Source of the DNA: Cycas panzhihuaensis
Taxonomy: Eukaryota > Plantae > Cycadophyta
Reading direction: 5' to 3'
Assembly: GCA_023213395.1 (NCBI GenBank)
Contig: CM041465.1
Span: forward strand, 26,047,741 to 26,111,740
DNA length: 64,000 bases
Positions 12,186-25,125 of the stretch are shown piece by piece (the first letter of the stretch is position 1; the number at the start of each line of letters is the position of its first letter). The notes below the pieces were generated by a model. The model was not told where the DNA came from. It worked only from the letters and a program-made list of their open reading frames with translations, and made no database searches. The translations under genes and the position numbers were made by a program.

Positions 12186-13395
12186 ACAGGATAGACTAGC
12201 CTGTCAAGTTCATTATAATAAGGTAATATGCATAGTATGTTTCATATCTTTTGTTATACGTGGCTATTAAATTTTTAACTAAGATCATATATCAACTACA
12301 TTTTATAACAACTAAACCCAATGTTATGCATAACCTACAATTGTTATTATCAATCAATCAAACTTATAAGACCACTTATCATCTTATATCAGGTGGTTAA
12401 GTCAACAATCGCACTCAACTAACAACATTCTCTTAGATAATTAGGTGGTGTTCTTTATCCATCATTCATATATTCAATCAAACATTCCTTTAAATAATCA
12501 TATAATTTCATCAACTTTATGTTAAATTTATATGTTTTCATTTGGTTAGTGGAGCACTCAATACATTAAATATATTCATTTATTATGGGGGACCATTTCA
12601 TGATCATGTCCAATATGTATTTGTCTCTTATTCATCATTAAATAGGTTATTGTGCTTCACAATAAAACTTTTAGTCATAAATATGTAATAAGTGAGCCTT
12701 AATATGTCTATTTTTATTATTTTTTTATTAGACATGTATTTAAAACCATCATCATGCATCTGTTTATATTATCATATATCTAAAAATCTTTAAAATTATC
12801 AAAAAAAATGTTAAATTATGTTTTAAAATATTAAAAAACTCACTTTCTAGCATGCCAAAAATTTCTTTCTTAGATTTATTAATTATAATCTCTACCATGT
12901 GCTGTCTATAACTTGATTTGCAACCACTTATTGCATCTATCTTTAACTCTTCTTTCCAACACAACTGATAGATCAAATATTTGAAGTCATATGTAAAAGT
13001 TCTATCTCAAAAACTATTAGCATGTTATGAAAAATTAATATGTGGCCAAAAAATAAAATTAATAACTTTTGGAAATGGCCTTTGGTTACTCCTTTTTCCC
13101 ATGTGATCATTCATTAAGTGGCTCTGGGGACTACAACAGATCTCAACACACTATTGAATTGGATTTAATGTTACCCATACATTGTAAAAATAAAATATTT
13201 AACATGTGTATTTGTTGTGTTTTGGGGTTTTATTTTATCTCTGCATTTTGGAAATTTCTGATCAAAAAAATTGCTCATAGACAATCGTTGTGAGGACATT
13301 TTCTATGCCATGTTAAGCTCCCGTGAAGACTATTAAATAACATACCATTAACTCATTTTATGTTTGATCTATGAAAGGCATCCTAATAATCTATG

Positions 13396-16300
13396 TATTA
13401 GGAATTTTGAATTCACTCTAATAGTATGTTAAATTATCTATAATAACTTCTGCAGAAATATGAAACCAAGTAGGATATAATATAATCATATGAACAATTA
13501 AGTATATCATGAATATAATAAATGAATAAACAAGGGCATAAGAGATAAAAATACAAACGTCATATGGACACCAATTTTAACAAAAAAAACCCATGAATAG
13601 GAAAAACCACCTCTAAATCTATATGAGATCTCATATTAAGTAGAATAATCAATGATGCTTAGAGTGAGTCATCATATACTTACAAGAAAGAATAGGTGAT
13701 TTAATTTTTTTTTTTTACAATATACATTGCCCTTATATAAATATGTAACCTCATTATCAACCAATCATGTTTTACCTTTATATCAACCAATTTTATCATG
13801 TGTGTAAGACCTCTCATATTATTCAATAATAATTTTGACCTCTTAATCAATAATTAAATAGTATTCATCGATATTTGTGAATTTCAATATTTCAACACTC
13901 TTAACACTCAAATATTGCAATACTCATCCCAACACTCCTTAATGTTTAATTTGTAGATGTTCAAATGTCTTTATTTTCATGTCTTCATCTTTATGTCTTT
14001 GTGTTGGATTACTTGCTCATATGTATCTTTATTTCATTTATATTACTTGTGAATTAATTTGTCAAATTTATCTTTATCATGTTTGTCTCTTGTAGGCAAA
14101 TCCTATCAACAATGTATCATATTAACCTGTAATTAAATTGTAACTAAATATATAAAACCTATATATTTGTTTTAATCAACTAATAAATAATCATAATTCA
14201 TAAGTTTTAACTTTGTTATAATATAGAAGTCTTTTCTTAATAACTTTATATCTTTATCTGTAATGTTGCAATAACCAATATTGTCATCTCAAAAATCTTA
14301 TGAACTAAAAATGATTATTGATGTCAATATAAAACAATAACCATCTATCGAAATGCATGGGTAACTAGCCTCTACAACCACTAGTTCTATAAGAAGTATT
14401 TCTTATATATGGTTCATTAGCATATAAAACAAAAAAATAAAATAACACTAGTTGTTGGGCTAATATACTGTATAAGAGTAGCATCATTTTATCTTACCTC
14501 TTGTATATGAAAAAACTTGTGTGTTATCTCCACTAGCTTCTACACACATATTGTACAACTTTTATTTGACAACTACTTAATTTTATCAAATTTTAACTCT
14601 TCAACCAATTAATTTTAGGAATAGGGCATATCATTTCGCCAAGTCAAGTTAGTTGTAATGAGATAACATAAAAAAATTATGTTTTTACACTTTTTATCAT
14701 ACATGGTATTCCAGATTTCTCACTAGTAAACATATATTAACTAGATTCCTAAATAGTTGAATTTGGTGTGCCAAGTAGTCAACATATGAGACTTCTGCAT
14801 GACTCATAATAAATAGAACTCAACAACTAACTCTAAATAACCAATTTAAAACAACATGCCCTTCAACAATATCAATCACATGGTATTATCAAGCATCATT
14901 CATTCATATATGTTGTCAACAAATTAGGTGATTATGTGTTCATTAAACCATCAAATGATGTCAGATGCATTTGATTAGTGCTACAGTTTACTACATCAAA
15001 TGTGTAAACTCTTGAGGGGGCTTTTCATCTTGTCTAGCATGTATATCAGATTCAATATTAAATAGGTTCTCACAACAATTTTGACCCTTAAAAAATGTTT
15101 TAAATAAACCTTAAATGTGTTCATTTTCAACCAAATTTACTTTTACTCTCATCATTAATCATGCATTTGCATTAATATACACTCATGAACCTTCAAAAAT
15201 TTTAAAAATTTCAAATCATATTTGAAACTACTAAAAAATTGAAACTTTTGTCATGTTAAATCAACTTGCTCAAGTTTACTGTTAAAATCTCTATAATGCA
15301 ATATTCAAAATGTCCCTTATAAACACTCATTTGAACTATCTCTAAATGCTTTTTCCAATGAAACTGACAGTTCAAAAAATAAACTCCATATGTAAAACTA
15401 ATAGTATGTCATCAAAACATAAAAATAACCTTTAAAATATCTTTAGCACCTTATTCGCTTGCACTATGGTTGCATGTTGTAATCCATATAACTAACCAAC
15501 TATGTCACGGGGGCTTACATACCTAAATCAACTTTCTAATTCAATTAAAAATTTCATAAACATTTAAAAAATAATTAACCTAGGTCAAAAATTGACCTAC
15601 AAAATTCTTTAGTCAATGGGTTCCTATATCTGATTGAAACTTGAATGGATCGATAACATTCAACAATTAAATCTATTCAAAATGCGATTAAGATCACTTC
15701 AATAGTGAAAAAATGGATTACATTTGAGTAGGGTTGAAAATTATGATTATAATTGAAGAAGTAATGAATAGTTCACACAGTGAATTTCACATCTATGGTG
15801 TAACTCACATGTGTACATATAAACGATGCATGGATATGAACAAGACAACCTTTAGATGGTGTTCAACTACACAAACCCAAGGCTTGACTACAAATTTCCT
15901 CTTTAGAAAATCACTAAATAGGGTAATGTTCACCTTCTTCCATGGTGTTGGAGCATACACAATAATCTCCTCTTCAGGCAGGTAGATCTGGTAGCAGGAA
16001 CAAACTCAAAACAAGCATAAACACTAGTTGCTTTTTAATACTCTTGTATATGTCACTATAATAATATTAATTTTTTTAATGCAAATCCTAATATAATTAA
16101 ATCACACCACAAATACCATCTTTATACCTTATTCAACATGAACTTATGTCCATAACCATAATTATTTATCAAACCCTAATTATGCATTGAACAGTGAAAG
16201 CCTCATGCATTATACTTCAATAACAACCTATCCAATATAAATATCAAAGCCCTTGTTTTTATTAATAACTTGTATAACTTTCATTTTCTGCCATAACACT

Positions 16301-17244
16301 ACCATGCATAAATTTTTGTTTATCATACCTTCTTCATGTCCACATAACAACACAACATAGGCTTGTTCCCTATTTCACTTAATTAATGAAATATTGGTTT
16401 AACATCTGGCTCTTACAGAGTGATCAATCCTACTTTTGTACCATCAAACCTATATGTTCTATAGATATGGCATTAACATGCATAAAATAAATATCTATAA
16501 TACACAAATAAATGAATATTATCTATTAATTAGATATATTTTTTTCAATTGTATGTGGCTCTCATCATCATTTCATCATGCCCCAATCTTAGTCACATCT
16601 CATTATCATATCATGTTTTTGGATTCAAATCAACTTACAATACTGGCTTCTGATATTAGCTCTCACTGGTTCTACCACTGTCAACTTACTTTTTCTTCTA
16701 CTTCTACTATGTAACCCTAATCAACTCTCATAAGGACCTACTTCACTTGTGTTACATGATCTTTTACAACCTTGATGCTCTGTTACTGGCTTTGTACTTC
16801 ACCTTGACTTTCAACTTGAGTTTTAGAACCATATTAGAAATTTTGAATTTATTATGATAGCATGTTAAACTATCTGTAATGACTTATGCAGAAGTGTGAA
16901 ATCGATCAATATATAATATAATCACATGATCAATCAAGTATATCATGAACATAATAAATGAAAAGATAAGGGCTTAAGAGATAATAATATAAATATCATA
17001 TGTATACTATGTTTAATGTAAAAAACTCATGAATGGGAAAAACCACCTCCAAATATATGTGAGATCTCATATTAAGAAGAATAATTAATGATGTTCATGG
17101 TGAGTCATCCTATCCTTACAAGGAGGAATATGTGATCTGATTTTCTTTACAATATACATTACCTTATATAAATGTGTAACCTCATCATCAACCAATCAAA
17201 TTTTACTTTTATATCAACCAATTTGATCATGCGTGTGAACCTTT
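13396..17244 (-). mobile_element. Non-autonomous LTR element B, related to and nested in element A
   Basis: Direct repeats 13396-13897 and 16832-17244. Degenerate Met PBS rc gttttagaacca at 16820-16831. CTATG on both flanks (13391-13395, 17245-17249). The internal region shares blocks with A, e.g. aaatgcatgggtaa at ~2007 and ~14351. Confidence 0.75.
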
Positions 17245-18455
17245 CTATGAGTAATTTGTGCTTCTATGGCATTTCCAAACTTGATTATGCCACCTTGTAT
17301 GGGATGTCGATAGCCTACACATACTCATAAATATCTTAGAAAGCTTTAGATCAATGCACAATACACCAATGACATTGCTACATATTATATCTACATCCCT
17401 AGTCATCTATGCAACAATATAAATAATCCATGGATCTATTATGTGCTTCCAATGCTACTGATTTAGGTTTATTACATCTTATTAAATGGAATTATTTCAA
17501 GTTATTTTTCTATCCACATTAGATCTATGCCACCTTAATGGGCTTTCATTATGCCTTTCAAGCTATAGCTATAAACATTCATCTAAAATATATGACTAAT
17601 ATCAAATATACATGTTATTTATATTGTGCTACTCATGCCTAAGATAGTTATTAAATTATATTCTAAGTAAATTTTAGCCTAAATACTCTCATAAATGACA
17701 ACAAGTGTAACATTAAATATGACAAATATCTAACTCTAAATAACCAGGTACCTGTGTTAAACCTATATTGTTTCTTGCCCATATTTATAAATATTTAAAT
17801 CAATGTCATAATGAACTAAATGGTACAATGGTGAAGATATCATTCAAAATAGTAGGGAAATGGATCAATGTAGTAATGAATCCCTACTAAGATTCTCCTA
17901 ATAACCTCCATAAGACTAAACCATATCAAACATGATATTTGCAACTATATGTGCCTTCTATAGTAATTTTTAATTATGTCTATAGCATGATCAAACCTAT
18001 TTCAACAATGTTAAGTAGTAACAACCTTCTCATAGATTCATGGATGCATTCAAACTTGTATGTCTTAAGAATATAGTACACTACATACATAAATATGTCC
18101 ATAAATTTGCATTAAAATATCTTACCATTGTTTAAGATTTAACTATCATCATGCCCCTAATATACAATCATGACTCCTCATCATGCACTTGGTTTCTAGT
18201 TCATCTAATGAATCTTCATACTGGCTTATGATATTGGCTCATACTAATCTTCCACTAGCTTAATATTGGCTCATATAATAGATATATAGATCATCCTTGA
18301 ATGGCAAAGATCAACACCATGTGCATTTAGCCTTAAACCTACTTTTCCCTACTTCCTATTTTTGCTATGCAACTTTGATATAATGTCTCATCAGAATCTT
18401 CACTTGTACTTCAAAATCTCTTCACCTTAATCTCTCAATATGAGCTTTGATACCA

Positions 18456-18871
18456 TGTTAAAATTTATTACAAAGGATAACAACTTATATAATGAAGCAG
18501 AAGGAATATAAAACATTCACTAATATAAGACTTGTAATGAATAATAATAATATATGAAACATTTATGAGATGTTTAAGATAATCATTAAGTATAATAAAT
18601 GAAGTATGTATATATTAATATAGTACAATCATACACATAAGAAATATATCATCATAAGACATTAAATTTATATGTGGAAAGTCCTATAAGGAAAAAACCA
18701 GGGGAGAAGGGTGGAACTCAACTCTACTAATTAATTCGTGTTAAATGTTCAAATGATGTGTCAATACATCAATTAATAAACTCAAATATTTAGTACCTTT
18801 CCCATCAACTAATGGCAACTTAGGACTAATTAAACATTACATTGATATTTATGAAATTCAATATTCCAACA
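18456..18871 (-). repeat. 5' LTR of element A
   Basis: TGTT...AACA termini, next to a Met PBS, homologous to 1197-1661. Confidence 0.8.
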
Positions 18872-21800
18872 TAAATATATTCAAATTTAATGAAGGCTGG
18901 CTTTGGTTGGCATTCATTGTAGGCAATTTTTAAAGCTTATTAAGAGTACATTACATGAATTAGTCATTTTTGTCATATTATTTATTTAATATATATCATG
19001 CTATGGTTTTAATGAAGAGACCATAATGTAGATTATGGCATTATAAGAGCAAAGCATATTAAAGAAACGCATAACAGAGTGTTGAGTTAAGGAAATCAAT
19101 AATTAGGTGGAGCAATATTTGAGAATGTTTCTTTCATTCTTTAACTTTAGATTAATTTGAAGCAAGTAAAGTAAAATAAAAAATAGATATGTTGTCTTGA
19201 ATTTATTGATAAGAGATGAATATCCTTTAGTCTTTGCTATTAATATATAGCCTTATTCAAGTAAGTGATGACTCTATGCCATCCTACGTTTAATTAACTC
19301 CTCTTTTATTTACTCACTACTTGACATTTCTCTATGTTAAACATTTGCCTTATTTTTTCCTTTGGGGTAATTTATTTTCTTTCTCATGATTTCAAGTGTT
19401 TATATATAGCATAGATGCAACATTCTCTAGGTATATCCTTGCTTCACTTTTTGTTTGACTAAGTAGCAATGCCCCTAATTTGTCCTCTTTTATCACAATG
19501 ATCAAGTATTAATTTATATTCACAAATGATTATCCACCTAGTCTTTTTTTGTCATCTATTTAAATTAGTCATCTTTTGGTGTCTTTAATGTGCATCCTCC
19601 ATCCTTTACCTATCAAAGTGCCTTTGCCATAAACCATGAGCACTTTCAAGAATTCATGCCAATGCTTTGAGCCTATGATTTCATGACCCAAGTGTGATCC
19701 TTATTTTGACTTAATTCACATATATTTTTACACAATGCTTTGAATATTTCAAACTTTGTAATATTTGACTGCATTTTATGGCTAATGACGATGGGAAACA
19801 TAAAAGCATTGCCTAGTAAAGGTGCAGCCTTTGTGATGTCTCTTGAAAGTGGTGGGCCAATCTTGCTTTGGAGATACGCAAAATCCTACTTTGCATTTGC
19901 AAAACTTGAAAAGATATATCAATTTCTCTTATGAAGCAAGTCATAAATTCTAATACATCTGGAGGTATGAAAGTGCTTTGCTCTCTCCATTGGTGTTATC
20001 TGTTAGCAATCAGGTGGAGTGTTCATTGCTTGATAAATAATTTGTGTTTGTGGTGGTTGTAGGGATTATTTTTTATATTTTCAATTTGTATGATCATAAG
20101 GGCCTAGAGACATTATTTCGGGAGTGCATGTTGCCCTCTTCAAATAGATGAAATGATATTTTTAGCCCTTATTGCCATATCAATAGGAACAAACTCTGAA
20201 CTAATGATCATTAGGCTTTTTTAGTGAAATTAAAAGCCACCTAGTTTTTTCAATAAATTTATTGTATTAAATGATATTGTACCTTTATTTCATACTTAAT
20301 TTGGTACTATTTGAATAAGAAATATTAATTTTATTGTCATGTCAATGGAAACTAACTATACTTTTTAGTAATCATTACTCTTTCTTCTTTGTTCTATTTT
20401 TCTCCCTCTAAAATAAATTTTCATTTCGTCTGGCCTTTGCTCGAAAAGGAAAAAAATAAAAAGGAAAATATAGTTTTTTTTTTCTTTTCCTAATTTGGCT
20501 TTCAATGCCATTTTGGAACTATATCTTATTATGTTAGATCAATTAGATCGTAGCAATCTAATTTAGGTTTTATGGATAGCAAATGTTAGGACATACATGG
20601 AGTAATGAGAGATGAGTTGTTCCATGAACAACAATAGTTTTAAGAGGTGTCACTTTGTAGTTGTTTCTCTCTAATTTTTGCTTTTACTTAATATTGAATT
20701 ATGTGTTGAAGAGTTTAATATCTTTCTGCCTCTATTTAGAATCTAAGTTCTAGGCCATTGTTTCTTTTGAATTTCATGAATTGATAAATTATATTTCTTG
20801 AAGTTCATATATGAACAAACTATATTTCTACTTTAAAGTTACTCTCTCTTTTAGTTATACTTGATTTAAAGTTGGGTAAATGTATGATCCATGATCTAGG
20901 AGTTTGATATTTATAGAGAAGTTTCAATTTAGAATAGTTAACTTGCCATTTAAATGTTTCACCATAAACCACTAATAAAATTATCTGAAGAAATGCTAAA
21001 ATCCAAAATCCATGCTAATTATCACATCTCACCAATGGAAGTAAGATGTACCCTTGGCTATTAATTTCATTACTTTGAACTCTTTCGTGTGATAAGTTAT
21101 ATAATTACTAAGTTATATGTTCTTTTCAATGTTTGGAATTTAAAATTAAGTTGGACCAATTCGACCATTAATTAGACATTCAATGGTTTAATTTGCATTC
21201 TTAACTAATAATACATGGAATTTAATTTCAAATGGGGAAATGAAAATTGTAATATAGAATCGTAGTATACCTCTAGGTGTCACATGCTTTAGTAGATGTT
21301 AATAGGTTCTATAGACTAGGCAATGTTATAAAGTTGCATTGCATTAAAGAAATCATTCTTAACTTTGATAACTTTGTATAGAGTTGGAGTGTGAGTGACA
21401 AGATGCTTTTATTAAGGAGGGGCTTAATAGTTTTCCATGGCCAAGCCTATGTTGCATTCCAAAAAAGGTAAGGAGATATATCATGTGTTTTGGTTGTATA
21501 AAGGCAAAAATGTCTTTTGTTATCATATCTTCATTGAAGTGTGTGCTATTCTCTAATGTGCCATGAGGTGGGAATGTAGATTAGATGAGAATGACACTAC
21601 CAAACCACATGATAGCTACTTTCTGGAGTATAGTTTATTTGTGATGTAGAAGTAGTATCGATACAATTTGTGTACATTCATGGTGGCCTTATTGTTGACA
21701 TTAGGATAACATGGTTAGTCTAATGTTGTAAGTAAAAAATTTCAAGTGTTAATTTGATGGGAAACAATGAGAAAAGAAGGTCCATAATGAAAACAAAGTC

Positions 21801-22127
21801 TAGGAGTGCGCAATTTAATGTAAGAGATACATGAGAAACATTAATATAAAATAGATGATTTTAATATAAACAACTATCATTCACACACAATCAATAGAAT
21901 TGAGGGAGAATGTTGGCTATTAATTCTTAGACATAGGACTATATATGACTTACAAGATGACACATAACAACAATGTATCAATTTTGAAATAGGTTTTTTA
22001 TATGTGTTAACATGTGGATAACATAGACATGGAATGAGCTTTACTTATATAAGGCCCCTCCATGGCAATGGATTTTTTTGCATTTTGATAATTTTTAAGA
22101 TAGATATCATGATGTACACATATATAG

Positions 22128-22256
22128 TTTGTTGGTAATTCTAAAACTTTGTTCTCGTTATTTCAATCTTACATTCTTGAATGTTTATTGGTAATTCTAC
22201 AAAATTTCCCCCGTTATTTGAGTCTTATGTTCTTGAGTGTTTGTAGTAGGTAATTT
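22128..22256. repeat. Degenerate tandem repeat, ~56-bp unit, ~2.3 copies
   Basis: ttt.ttggtaattcta...cgttattt...tctta..ttcttga.tg recurs at 22128 and 22184, with a partial copy at ~22240. Confidence 0.7.
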
Positions 22257-23049
22257 TTGTGATGGGATTACACTGTTGGCAATGGTTGGGACATTTGTTA
22301 AGAGTCATACTTTGAGGTGACTTTTCTTAAGAGTTGAAGCTTGTTTAGGTAGGGTTGCCCAATGTTTAATGTCCATTGAATGGCATGAACCAATGCTTAA
22401 ATTATTTTTTTCAATTTTAAGAATCTCTCAAAAAGCCTCTCTTTTGGATGGATGGCACCCTCCTATTATGGAATGCAAGAAGTAGCTTTGAGGAGCCTTA
22501 ATCTTTAATAAAGAGAAGAAAAAAGTATTTTCTAATTGTTTTCCTTTTATGTGGCTCTCAAATAAATCATTATAATATGCATCATTTGTAGCACAATATA
22601 ATAAGTCATAAGCATCTACTAAGTGGAAGTCATTTGTATACCAATAGAAAGCTTACAAAATTGGCTACTAGTAATGTTGAAAATAAGAGACATAATACAT
22701 AAGGAAAAATTACTATTATTATTATTTAAAAAATAATAAGTGTCATAATAAGTATTTTAAATTCAAAAATAAAATATCTAAGTCAAAATCATAAACTATT
22801 ACAAATACACTTGCTTTCTTTCTCCAATCTAATGAAGATCAATAATTAATTTGCAAAACTAATTGTTGAAATATATGTGTTTAGGCACCTTAAATAGGAT
22901 TTTTTTAGTACATTCAACTTTTATGTTGGTTAACCTTTTAATATTATGAATTTTTTTCCATTTATTATTATGCCTAACCTTCTTGAGATAACAAAGTTTC
23001 CTCTAGAAGGATTATAACAAGGCTCTCCTTTTAAAATGCTTTATTCTAA

Positions 23050-23451
23050 AAGCATTATAGTTTTGAGCGGTGTTGGTGGGAATGTTATAGATTCCCTTTA
23101 TATATCTTTTATTGTGTTGATAGGCACTTCTAGTCGACTTTGCATGTGAGTATTTACTCCATGCCATGGAACGAGAGTAAATACAAAAATAATAAAAAAT
23201 TAAAAAACTAAAAAGTCATGGTTGTTGGTTACAATGACTACACAATACTTGTGCCAAAATGGAGGCCTTCGAAGACCAAACTCTTTTTCTTACATGAGCT
23301 TTAGAAGGTAATGGATAACTTCTTTAAGTATTTCATACTAGAAATTGGAGGTTATAATAAAGTTTATAAGGGCACCCTTGTAGAGGGGACTGCTGTTACT
23401 ATTAAGAAATCTAAAGAAATTAATATAAATGACACCAATCGGTTACTATAA
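23050..23451 (+). pseudogene. Fragment of a wall-associated-kinase (WAK/WAKL)-like receptor kinase: TM-like segment, juxtamembrane region and kinase subdomains I-II
   Basis: 23272-23451 translates KTKLFFLHEL*KVMDNFFKYFILEIGGYNKVYKGTLVEGTAVTIKKSKEININDTN, matching the WAK pattern K.FS..EL.KATNNF....LG.GG.G.VYKG.L.DG..VAIKKSK. Upstream is hydrophobic IVLSGVGGNVIDSLYISFIVLIG. Confidence 0.8.
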
Positions 23452-25125
23452 CATTGATCGATCAGGCTCCCACCAATGTGCCTATCAACACTCGCAGACT
23501 ATTAAAGTCTACACTAGTTGATATGGTTATTTAAATTGTGGGGGTTTACTATAATGCATCCATAGTTTAAATAGGTGTGCATGACCTGGAATACATAATT
23601 TTTATGTTTTGGTTGATTGTGCTACCTACTACTAATGGAACTCATAGGGTCTTAGTATTAATTTTTTGAAAATAATCAACTTATTATTACTATTATATTC
23701 ACATCTTATTATTTGTAAAACAATAGTATGTACTAAGGAATATACTAGATAACATCTTATCAATTCAAGAAACCTAGATAAAATTTGCAACCATTGTTAT
23801 TTCATTGATGAATATATATGTTATACAATAAAAATACTATAATACTTGGCTCTCACGCCTAAATTGATGTAAGCATGCCCTTTTATCATGGCCAAGAGTT
23901 ACTTTTCATAACGTGGCTTTGTGTTTATCTTTAGATAGTAATATATTAAATAATGATTATTAAGTAAGCTTTTATAATTATCCATACCGTTAACATATGG
24001 TGGTATGCTCATTCAAATTCTACTTATCTTTATTTGGTAAGTCAATTTACCTATGACATGATATTTAACCCACCATTTCATAGATTGACTAATTGCATGT
24101 TTTGTTTGCTAAGGCCAAATTACATCTTGGGTATATTAATTTTTTTCTAATTGTAATGCAATGTTAAAATTTAGTCATACTTCTGCTCAAGGGATACAAA
24201 ATTGGTGAGCATTTTGCTTGCCATTCATGAAAAAAAAATGTAAAATATTTTGTACAATTTGATGTTTCTCTCCCCTCTTAAATCCTTTACAAAGTCTTAA
24301 TCACCTCAATAGATTAAGACTTGATTCTCTTTTAGTTTGGTTAGTAATTAGATAGTTTTTCCTTCTGCTTCTATAATGCTTTCTCATAGTCCTTCATTAC
24401 TAGTTGTAATTCTTGTGCTTTTGCTTTCATGTCATTGGAAATAATTCAATTGTTACTTGTTAACTTTGCTTTTAGACTTTTTAATATTACCTTCTCCTTT
24501 ATGATTTCCAATATAGGTTGTGGTTTCCCTTTTGAAGTTTTTGTATGATTTAAACTTGGTACTCTTGATGTCTTGCTCACTTTTTATTTGTTAGAAAGCA
24601 TTATAATATTTCTTTGTCCATTATTGCATTTGGATGACTTAGACGTAGAGCTTGATGATTGTTTGTCTTAAATATTTTGGGATTGCAAGGGAATAGTGTC
24701 GCTACTTTGTAGGCCATCTAATTTTTTATTAGAGTTTGAAACCCAATAATTGATAAACTCTTGAAGCCTCTTGAAGGATTTACCTTTTCCTACTTCTAAT
24801 TAGGGAAGCAAAGCTTGCTTATTTATAGAAGGTGATATGAATCCAATGGACCTAAGATAAGTAATACAAGAATAAATGATAAATATTTAAAAACATAACT
24901 AAAAACATTGAATGGCCAAAAGTACATAGTTATATTAATCGAATAACAATAATTGGGTACATATAAGAAACCCTTATTTATAATGGCTTTGGCTTAGTTC
25001 TCAAAATTGCTATTAGTAGATTCCTTAAGAATCTATTGTTTTCCCCTATAACCTTTTAATTATAATCTTGTAAACATTAATTACATGCATATATCCTTTA
25101 TCATTGAGCCTACTAGAGAAAGAAA

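Larger units (their letters stand above)
1197..18871 (-). mobile_element. Non-autonomous (LARD-like) LTR retroelement A, hosting two nested insertions
   Basis: Direct repeats 1197-1661 and 18456-18871. PBS rc gctttgatacca at 18444-18455. PPT-like cttcctctt at 1662-1670. TSD TAAGT (1192-1196) / TAAAT (18872-18876). No recognisable ORF in the remaining ~3 kb of internal sequence. Confidence 0.8.

Noticed and set aside
19740-20040. Slightly GC-richer, coding-looking segment with a 64-aa ORF
   Set aside because: No recognisable motif in the frames translated.
21430-21465. VFHGQAYVAF resembling the Pif1/Helitron helicase motif VI
   Set aside because: The upstream motif V (SQGQT) is absent and spacing is off. 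Another frame equally resembles a decayed gypsy RT start (PW...PKK...MC). Too degenerate to call.
21750-22030. Possible solo-LTR remnant (similar case at ~53640-54130 and a PBS-like site at 32721-32731)
   Set aside because: LTR-like composition only. Termini and TSDs could not be fixed.
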